Assembly: GCA_016748015.1 (NCBI GenBank)
Contig: JAAOMT010000723.1
Coordinates: 124,001-188,000, forward strand
DNA length: 64,000 nt
Reading direction: 5' to 3'
Origin: Geosiphon pyriformis uo1
Lineage: Eukaryota; Fungi; Glomeromycota
The position numbers and the translations under genes were made by a program. Shown in pieces: positions 54,117 through 64,000 of the stretch (the stretch's first letter is position 1; each line of letters begins with the position of its first letter). The notes beneath the pieces were generated by a model that saw only the letters and a list, made by a program, of their open reading frames with translations, searched no databases and was not told the origin of the DNA.

Positions 54117-54710
54117 AATCAATTTGTTGTTGTCGTTTTTCAGCTATTACTTAACAAGTATATTTTTGATTGCCTGCATATTATTTTTAATTCCTTAAAA
54201 AAGAAAATTCATCTGTCATCTCTAAATAAAACGCAGTGTTTAAATTAGGTAACTTCAACTGTGCCCCTCGTTTCCTATTTTTAAATTTTTTATCACTAAT
54301 AAAATTTTTAAGTTATGCAAATAATCGTAAGCAAAATAGTTTATTCAAAAAAAAAAAAAAAAAAAATTTAATCTTTATTACGAGTTGAACAAAACGAACT
54401 CTTCGATTTTTTTTTTTGGTTCGAATAATCCTCAACCCCAACCCCCGACGTTTAATAATAAATATCACAACTGCCTTATACATTTGTCAACCTCATTGGT
54501 TAATATGAGAATCAAATTCAAACTTCTAAAAATTATCATGTGATGTAATATGTCGTACTTCGGGGTTATGTATTAAAAGGGTTACACCTCTGTGTTATGA
54601 TTGTGATCCCGTATTTATTACGGTAGGTCTCAGCCCATTCTTCGAATTCAAGGAAAAATTTGTTGTCAACAATAAGCAATTGACAACCTTCAAGTAACTG
54701 AACTCCTCCC

Positions 54711-56710
54711 ATGGCAGCTCCCATAAAGAATTCCAACCCGTCTCCGCAACAACATCAAATACCCCCTCCGCAACAAGATCAAATACCCTCTATTCGTATA
54801 GTACCTCATATTGATGGACCTCGCTCTCTACACTTTGACATCATCGGGCGAGAAGTACCAGAAGGCTCTATAATTAAGATTGGCCGTTTCACTGACAAAA
54901 CACATTTCCCTAATAGGGTAACCTTTAAAAGTAAAGTAGTGTCTAGAGGTCATGCTGAAATTTGGTGGGAAAGTGGAAAGGTACGCAATCTTTAACTCTG
55001 TGCTGTTAAAGGCACATATTCCCGGACTACCCACATCTGGGTTTCCTTGAAATAATGTCCAGAGTTTAAGAAAAAGGATTTCAAATTACAATAAAAAAAT
55101 ATAAAAAAAATTTTTTTCTACATTTTCTCGATTTTTCAAATTAATTTGTGATTTTTTCTTGTTTCTACACTAAAAGTTTTTTATTAAAGATACAAAGTCT
55201 TCGTCAGGCACTTTTTTGAACCATGTGCGATTATCATCTCCAAATCAAGAAAGCAAGCCTTATGCACTAAAGGATGGCGATGTTATTCAACTCGGTGTTG
55301 ATTATCAGGGGGGCACCGAAGGTCAAGATTTTTTCTAAAATTACTCTTAAAATGTATCTTCAACTTCGAATCTTTCAACTTATATTTCTCCTCTTCCTCA
55401 ATCCCCTTCCCCACAGAGATATATCGTTGTGTAAAGATGCGTATTGAATTGAATCGATCATGGCAACGAAAAATTAACCCTTTTAAGTATGCTGCCTCAA
55501 CTTTTTTTCATGAACATTCCTTCATTTTCCATTTATCAGATATTTCTTCATTTTTAGCTTGAACGCCTTGAGACAGGTTAAACAATTAACTGGACCAGAT
55601 GCTTTCAAACATCAGACAACAGATTGCTGTATATGTCTTTGCAGTATTGGTCCTTGTCAAGCTTTATTTATCGCTCCATGTTCTCATGTCTTCCACTATA
55701 ACTGCATAAGACCTATCCTAGTTGATCATCATCCCGGATTTTTATGCCCGCTTTGCCGAAGTTTTGCTGATCTTGAGGCAAGTACTGAGAATGCAATAGA
55801 CTGGGAACAAGCACTAGCTGAGCAAGAGGAGGCAGCAAAAAAGGAAACTGAGGGCATAAAATCAAATAAAATTCAGAATCAGAATGCACCAGTGGAAAAA
55901 TCTTTAAATCAAATAAAAATTGACCTAGCTACACCCATTCCTGCAACCAACAACACTGTCACTGCTCCAGCCTCGCAAACACAGCTACAAATAGAGCCAT
56001 CAGTAGTTAAAACAAAAGTCCTTCTCCCAAATAATAATGCTATCCCCAAACAATTAGATCCAATTCAAATCAATTCTCATTTGCTCACTCAAGAAGAAAT
56101 CAAATTGTTCCTGAGTCCTCCAAATCGAATTCCGTCTAGTGGGTCGCCCACGCCTCCACTTCAGTCATCTGTAATTCTGATACCTAGAAATAACAAAAAA
56201 TCACATACGGAAGATCATGATGAAAATGGAATCATGTTAGCCCGCACTTTGCCATCTAGTCCACCCCAAAATTCAAGTCTAGGTTTTTTCGATGATAACA
56301 TGGATAGTGGTCCATCATCTCCTGCAAATCTACCAATACCTACGAATAGAGAGAGAGTAGACGGCTTGGGTGGGATTGTTGAAGAAGATGAAGGTTCAAT
56401 GAGTTCCTCATCTTCCGGTCCATCAGGGCGGTTTCATCGAGAAAATCGCCTGAATATGTCTGCGACGTCAGTTCAAGATTTATCGTCTTCATCAGCAAGT
56501 GTTAGTGATAATGATGATGATGCCCTTCAAGCAAGTTTGCAGTTTGGTAACGATTTAGATAACGCATGCAGCAATTATAATTTAGTAACAGAAGATGATG
56601 GGCTAGAAAACGGTTTTGTTGAAGTTACAAACGTAAATAGCCCGACTGAACGAGTTAAAGGGAAAGGAGTGGAACGGTCAGGGCTGGAACGAAAAGAGAA
56701 TATTCTATAA
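54711..56710 (+). CDS. DMA1: FHA + RING-H2 E3 ubiquitin ligase (Dma1/Dma2 family), exons 54711-54980, 55177-55321, 55417-55487, 55558-56710
   Basis: FHA: IKIGRFTD, FKSKVVSRGHAEI, IKDTKSSSGTFLNH, IQLGVDYQGGTEEIYRCVKMRIELNRSWQ. RING-H2: CCICL...APCSHVFHYNCIRP...CPLCR. Long low-complexity C-terminal tail. Confidence 0.93.
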
Positions 56711-58253
56711 GGAAATTTCATACTGAAAGCACCCTGACATGGAAAGATTATCTGCTCATTTATTTGGACTTTATAGCAGATTTTACATATTTTTTATGTA
56801 TAATTGTAAAATGCAACGACTCATTTCTTATAACCCTTGTTGGCTTACATTAATTAATATCAGGTTATTTTGAAAAAATTATAGTTGTTTTGATTTCCTC
56901 TTTTTCCCTTTTTATCCCTTTATCCCTTTGGCTTGGCTTTTATATAAGTTCTCTACTGTCTCCTTTTTGCTCTTCGTTTAATGATTTTTTCCATTGAATC
57001 CTTTGGATCACATGCTTCGATTATTATTTTTTTGATTGAACTCAGAGCAATGAAGTGAAGTGAAGTGAAGAAAAGAAGCTAAGCTGGGGGTCATCGCGGG
57101 ATCTTATTGAGAATTGTCGTTCTATATAAGAAAGCGCGATGGACGACTACTCATCATCCCCATTTAACTACTGAAAATTCATTTCAACTACTACTCTACA
57201 CTATTTTCTCATCTTTTTTTTCTAAACAACCTTTGTTTTCGTAGCTTTTGCTTGATTATTACATTGTTAAAAATACACATTCTATACTTGAATATATTAC
57301 ACACAAACTTCTATCATATTTCGTTAGTGATTCGTGCGCAACAAATTAGCTGAAGAGAGGATTTTAATGAGTCCGAGAGTTTTATATCCAAAGAGCCATC
57401 TGGGCAATATTTCCTAGGTAAATCTTTTGAGGTCAAAGAAATCCTATTTCAATATGTCAGACTGCCCTTGGTACAATATTATTAGATGATCATATCACAG
57501 ATCAGCTATTTCACGGAATCTTTATCAAATGGGAATATTATGTTCCAAGGAAACAAGAAAAGGCTCCAAACTTTGACTACTTTAAAAATTTACCCGTGAG
57601 ATTATTTGGCTCGAAGGGATAATTATCGAATCCCTTTTTTGATACGGCAAAATTATTTCATCAGATAGGGGAATTAATCGGAAATTAGTTGATATATGCT
57701 AATAATCTAATTATAGTTTGAAGCATCGGAGAATCTAAAGCGATCGAAATAAGCGTGGGAATGCGCCAAGATGATCGCATTTTAGATAAAGATTTTATGT
57801 TCAACGAGACTTATTTGTGCATTCTTTGTGCAAGGATGTCAGAAACGTCATATCGCGCTTCGAGCTTTATTTTAGATGGTTTACCCACAGAAACAAATTA
57901 ACTTTAGATTTTCAATGCACTATTTTTTACATTATATTCAGAAACCCATTGTTATTTATTTATTTTTTTTTTTGACAAAAATTCATCAAATTTAGTCATT
58001 TATATATATATAATTTGAAAAGTTTTAAAATAAAAGAAAAAATAATTAGATAAATATGATTTTGGTATTGAGAATTATTTAAAATTTTCAAATAAGCATA
58101 ACCTAATTTTCTACTTATTTTGACAAGACAATAAATTTAAAATTTACAAGTTATATTTTTAAAATGAAAATCTCAATTAATAATACAATATATTCATTTT
58201 GAAAGTAATAAAAAATCTCTGGAATTGAAAAAACCCATAAGAAACACAAATTT

Positions 58254-58256
58254 AAT

Positions 58257-58341
<85 letters not shown>
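58254..58341. repeat. (AAC)n-(AAT)n compound microsatellite
   Basis: Read directly from the sequence. It explains the spurious poly-Leu ORF 58151-58387. Confidence 0.92.
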
Positions 58342-58344
<3 letters not shown>

Positions 58345-59339
58345 CTAAAATAAAAGTTTTAATATAGTAATTACAATAAGTTCTCATTGATTGCTTTGTT
58401 AACTAACTATATTTTATGAAAACAACTAAAATTTCTCATCATAGTTCATTCATTACTTGAAACTTATTTGTATTTCTCAATGAAGTTTGTTTTCATTTTA
58501 AAATAGTTAGAATCCTTTTTACTGGAAAAAGGACGCCTCCCCCATCTTGCCACTTTTTTTGATTAATGACATCATATAAGAAACAATACTTTAAATTACC
58601 CTTTTGTATTACTACTGGTTTTTCTCCGGTTTCTCGGCCATTTTGAGAAAAAAGATCTAAGCCTGGTGATTCTTCTTTGATGACCAATTAAGACACACAC
58701 ACACACACAATTATTTTCTCCTATTAGAATTCCCAAATCTTCGGTTTTTAAGGTTGATTAATCAGAAGATCGAGCAAAAATTTAGACTATTATGCTTAAA
58801 AACCAGAAAAAAGAGAAGCCATGACCAATCATGGGAAAGACTGTTGTTTTTGTGATTTTAAAAAAATCATAGAAAACAAGTGTTATTTAAAATAGTGAAA
58901 CTATTTTTAATATTGGTTGAAACCTGGGTAAAAGGAGTTCGGCGTGTTTCATTGTTCACCACCCGAAATCAAACATCATAATTACGCAAAAACAAGTTTT
59001 TATTATAAAAATGCGAACAGGAATTGAATTATATAGCTTATTCAGATTTCCAATTTCACGTTTTTCGTGATTTTTTTTTTTGAACACTTAAATACGAATA
59101 TAGTAATAGTGTTACCCCCAAATTCTCTTAGAGATCATCACCCCCCACTACCAGTCAGATGTTTAAAATTCGAGGTGGGACCCCCTTATTTTTTTCGTAT
59201 AAAACTGAGGTTGATTGGTTATTGTAATCGTATTTAATTAATACATCTCATACTGATAAAAACTGAATAAATTTTAAAAGCGAATAGTAAATTAGAGAAA
59301 ACTACGATAAAAATTAAAAGAAATCACACAAAGGCAAAT

Positions 59340-60447
59340 ATGAAGTTCGGATACGCTATTCGTAAGTTTTTTAAAGTCTATCAATTTGAGAAATACAAGA
59401 AACGAAAAGAATTTTTTGTACCTTTTTAACTTAAATATTTATTAGAACATTTTTTAACTTTACTCTCTCTCCATTAATCTTTCAGAATCAGGGACACCTG
59501 GGAACGCAACCAATACGCGTATAATACTTCCAGAAAAATTGGAAAAAGTACGTCTAACACCAACAAATTCAAAGTTTATTTTCTATGGAACACGCAATGA
59601 AATTCTTGAATGGATGTTACTTAATGATAACCTTACCGTGGAATATGATCCGATGGAAGGTGTTCTTTCACCACCCTGTTCTCCATCACTAAACCCTTTC
59701 TTATCATCACCAATGGCAGACAGACGTACATCATCTGAATCAAATTCTTCAGATGGTTCTCAGACCTCAACAACAACACGAACAAAACCTCCTTATCTAA
59801 CTTTTGATTTATACGGTCAATCAATCAAGAATACTCCATTGTTATCAGATGATATCGTATTTTGTCGTCCATTACATTTAGCCGTGAATCATTTACCATG
59901 GTTAAATATATTGCTTGAGATACGACCAACAGATCCAAAAAGAGACGCAAAATATACTCCAGTAAAAAGAGTGATATTACCTTCAGGTCTTTCAATGTAC
60001 GAAATTTCAAAAGCATTAGAAAAATGCTGGCGAAATCCTATTCCACATTCCCTTGGATTATTTCAACGACCACCTCCATCTGAACGTGAAAACCAAAATT
60101 CCAGTGATTTCGAAGAAAATAATCCGTTATTAGATTGGTTAGCACATCATAAATCGTCCACGTTCCCAACACCAACAATCTTTTCACGATGGCAACATAA
60201 AAATTCAATTATACCACCTGGTGTTTTGACTCCCTATATCTATGATGAGGTTATGCAAGATCAAGAACTTGTGGAAAGCAAATCAATAGAAGCTGGGCAA
60301 AGTCGTGATCAAAAAAAAGAACTTGCAAATGAAGAAAAGAATGAATTAAATATAACTGATTTACCAAGATATGAAAATGTTAATGAGGATAGGTTGTTAG
60401 AGATGGGTGATGCATATATTGATGAAAAGTTAGGTTCTACTAGTTAG
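59340..60447 (+). CDS. Hypothetical protein (about 327 aa), 2 exons (59340-59361, 59486-60447)
   Basis: ATGAAGTTCGGATACGCTATTC|gtaag...ttcag|AATCAGGG gives MKFGYAIQSGTPGNATNTRIILPEKLEK, in frame with the 302-codon ORF. Composition is coding-like. No family recognised. Confidence 0.75.
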
Positions 60448-61096
60448 TGTATGATCATTTTGCAATTTTATATTAAATTTTAGAATAGAAATTATACATT
60501 TGTAATTTACGCTACTCAAAACTGATGTTCACACACTACATCAAAAATTAGCCACAACCCTGTACATACCTTCATCATTCCTTTAGGTAATTTCCCACCA
60601 CCAGACTAATTGGCGTTATTATTTCGAGATCTGAATCAAGATATTCTAGAGCAATAATTATCGGTTCACAATATAAAAGATTTGTATTTTTGCAAAAACT
60701 ATTATGTCCACGATTCATGGAGGTGTAATAATTAAAAATTAGATTCTAAAGATATTTAGGATTTCTATCACAATCAATTGAACTAGGCTTGATCCCGTTC
60801 TAAGGATAATCTAAGATGAGCTTAATAAGTGTTCAAAATGTAAAAGATAGAAACTTTGCATCTAATATCATGCACGATTCAAACTCTGAAGTCTGAGAGT
60901 TATGATGAAAGCTTCAAACTATCATCAATGAAAAGAATATTCTCAAACCAGTTTAATTATATAATCATACGCTAATTAATGCTAAATATCTTGATAATGA
61001 AATCCTTTTAATTCAAATTACTTATCTTTAAAATCCAGTTACAAAGGAAAGAAAAATTGCTTAAATTTAACCAGAATAAAATAATATTATCCCGTT

Positions 61097-61126
61097 GTCA
61101 CCCAGTCACCCAGTCACCCAGTCACC
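61097..61126. repeat. (GTCACCCA) x3.7 tandem repeat
   Basis: Read directly from the sequence. Confidence 0.85.
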
Positions 61127-62751
61127 ACGATAAGATAATAACATAAAAACTGAGATACGTACAATCCCCTGACAATTTAACCATTGGTTATACCAACGGA
61201 AATATGTTTATACCAGAATGCCCATGTTTTAATAAGAGACAGCACAAAACTTCCAACAAAAGTAACGAGTTATTCCGAAAAGAGATATGCTTTTTTTAGA
61301 ATATCATATTTTAATGGAAGTCAGTGTAAAACCTTTCACAAATAATATAGAAAAATCACAAGAGGACTATAAAAATAGGTTTTAATTTTCATTTTAAAAT
61401 ACTCTCAGAAATTTTTTGTAAAAAATGTATGTCAAAGCGTAGAGCTACAATTAGCACAATCTAATCTTGTTTTACATAAAACAAATAACCAGATTTTTAA
61501 CTAAAAACTTGACATAATTTATGAAAAAGTTAAAATTTATACAAAAAAACATTACTTTTTTATAAAAGTATACAAAAATTAGTACTAAAGAACAAGTTTT
61601 TAAATAATTAAAATTTAAATACATAACCAAAAAAAAATAAGTTAACAAATAATAAAAAATTTTAATTTATTTTATCTGTATAGTTATTAGTACCAAACAA
61701 CACATAATATATTATTTTAATTTTATTATTTAATCAAATTATCAAATTATCAAATATTATTATTTAATTAATAATTTGATTTATATAATACACAAATATA
61801 ATTAAAATACACAAATTTAATTAAAATATAATAATTGAATTATATAATATTTTAAATTATATAGTATTTAAAAAATTTACCAAAATATCTAATATTACAA
61901 CCAGATATATATATAAAAAAGCTTTGCTTTTCAAAAAAAATATTTTATTTTATTTAAGTTTAATTAAAACTAATTAATTATTACAAATTAATAAAATAAA
62001 TTTTTATTTAAAAAACCAAATTTTATTCATAATTATTTTTTTTAAAATTAAAATATTTTTTAACTGATACTCTAAAATTAATTATTTTACAAATTTGTAA
62101 AGAAATATTTCTTTTTTCAATAAATTTATTTTTTATTTTATTTTTTATTTTTTATTTTTATTAAAAATTTTGCAATCAAAAATTTTTGTAAAAAAGTTAA
62201 TTTTTATTACACAAGTTTATTAATATAAAATTAGTCATTTTAATAATATATGCTATTACTTAACAGAATTTAACATATATTATTATCAAAATTATTTTTT
62301 TAAATTATATAATTATTAATTATAATATTTATATAATATAAATAGTAGAAATTTATAAATAATAATCAAAAACATAATACAATATAATAATATATAAACA
62401 CTTATAATTGTATCTAATTTTACAAAATTATTAAAAAAATTAATTTAAATAATATTTATTAATAAATAAATAGTTTAATAATTTATTAATTGTTTATAAT
62501 TTAATCAAAATTAGTTTATTTTTATATAGCCAAAAATATATATATATACAATAATTTTAACTTACAAAAAAAATATTTATTTAACAATAAAAAATTAAAT
62601 AATTAAAAACCTTTTTTTTTAAAAAAAAATATTTGTAAAAACCACAAAAAAACATAATTAGAAATATAAAAATACTTTAAAAGATTTTTTTGTTAAATAA
62701 ATATAACAAAAAAAAAAAAACTTCTTTCTTTCTTATATTTACAAATCCTCA

Positions 62752-64000
62752 AAAAGTGCTTTTCTAAAAAAGAAGTTTTTTTTATTTTTTCTTGTTAGTA
62801 TTTCACGATTTTTTTTTCTAATAACCCATTTTTCATGGACCTAAAGGCTACTTTTAATAGCAACATGTCTAAAAAGAAAGCACCAAAAGATGTTTTTTAT
62901 GATCTTACAGGTGGCTCTTTTTCACAGAAAAAGAAAATTGTGTTTGGGAATGTTAAGTATTCTAATGATAAAAAAGATATCTCTCTAAACAAATCTGAGT
63001 TTGGTGACAATGTGTTTTCTAATGTGGATAGTCTATCTGGTGATGAGAAAATTTCTAATATGACTGATATTAATATTAAGTCTTTTCTGGATTCAGCTGC
63101 CAATACTTCTAAAGCAAAACATGTCAATACTAGTGCTGCTTTTGGTTCTCCACTTGGTTCTCCCAACTTTGACATAAATAATAATGAAGAAATGTCTTTT
63201 CCTTCTTATCTATCAATTTTTTTGAATAAAAAGTGGGTTGATCCCAAAATCATCAAGACTCAGGTAGAGGTTTCAGTTAAGCAATCATTCACTTTGGACA
63301 TTAATCTCTTGACTGTAGAAGGAAAATCAGTGACAGCAAAAACCCAATTCATCAGAAAAATTTTTTCAACTATCAATGGTTTTGGGGAGACCACTATCCC
63401 TCAAAATTTGAAGAAATTATTTGATTGATATTTACTTTTAAGGAGAGCTACATTATTGGCCAGAAAGAAAGGAATTATCGTAAACAGTGATCTCAAAAAA
63501 CAAGGGATTCATTCAGATTAGGCCATGATAATCAAAAAAATTCTTATAGATACGCCAAAAAAGATGATCATTGCCACAGTTTCTGAGTTTGGTAATATTA
63601 AGTCAATCAAAATTCAGCTGATTGGAATGTGGCAAAAGGCTGTGGTAGAATTTGCTGAATTGGAATAGACAAAACAACTGGCATCAAGATGGTTATTCCT
63701 CATTGGAAAAAACTCAGTATGTGTAGCTATGGCTGTAAAAGATTAGGATACTTGGATGTCTAGGAATTGCTTTAGGGCATTTTTGTTTACTTTGCTGGTA
63801 GGAACAACTGTGTATGATTTTGGTACTCTTTTAGAAAGGGCTGGTGAGAAAACTTGTGTGATCAATTGTTTTCTGGAGACTGGCAACTGGACTTGCTGTA
63901 CTGTTATTGGTTTTGAGTTTGAAAGTAAGCTTAAATTTGCATTTCACATTGAGCTGATTTTTGGTGGTATGAAACTTTTTTGGGCTAGATTGGACTTGGT
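62752..64000 (+). mobile_element. 5' part (5' UTR + ORF1) of a second, more decayed copy of the same LINE family; runs off the window
   Basis: Shares TTCTAAAAAAGAAGTTTTTT at the 5' end with the 24-31 kb copy. ORF1 MDLKATFNSNMSKKKAPK...GNVK.S.D.KDI...TSKAKHVN...IKSIKIQLIG.WQKAVVEF is homologous to 30800-29200 on the minus strand, with frameshifts and stops. Confidence 0.93.

Noticed and set aside
53687-54154. ORFs 53687-53890 (SSVQF repeats) and 53966-54154
   Set aside because: They are translation artefacts of the (AGTTC)n and (CT)/(TTTC) microsatellites.
58151-58387. Poly-Leu ORF; likewise the poly-Met antisense ORF 49508-49822
   Set aside because: Both come from trinucleotide microsatellites and show no other coding signal.
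1-64000. tRNA, rRNA, snRNA or telomerase RNA genes
   Set aside because: No cloverleaf/T-loop pattern, conserved rRNA or snRNA motif, or full CTAACCCTAA template was seen. A covariance-model search would be needed to exclude them.

Overview
Eukaryotic, very AT-rich fungal genomic DNA with short GT-AG introns. The gene set (Sel1 + tyrosine-kinase-like gene, BTB-BACK-TLDc paralogues, F-box/CxxC paralogues) is typical of Glomeromycotina. The LINE family resembles what I recall from Geosiphon pyriformis, but that is recollection and was not checked. Intact genes reconstructed by hand: NME6-type nucleoside diphosphate kinase, a MATH-like/BTB protein, two BTB-BACK-TLDc proteins, a 16-exon cytochrome P450, a small secreted protein, two F-box proteins, endopolyphosphatase PPN1, a 596-aa protein built from four tandem ~147-aa domains of unknown function, the FHA-RING ligase DMA1/2 and one unknown protein. 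There is also a frameshifted Sel1-kinase pseudogene. One apparently full-length but dead non-LTR retrotransposon lies at 24066-30843 (minus; poly(A) tail, candidate 11-bp TSD, AUGA stop/start overlap between ORF1 and ORF2), and the 5' part of a second copy starts near 62752. The most striking pattern is graded C->T/G->A decay of these elements in CpG and non-CpG contexts. Some of the kb-scale AT deserts look like near-erased ghosts of the same LINE family, which suggests a RIP-like repeat-erasing process. No tRNA, rRNA or CRISPR array was recognised. All alignments and counts were done by eye.
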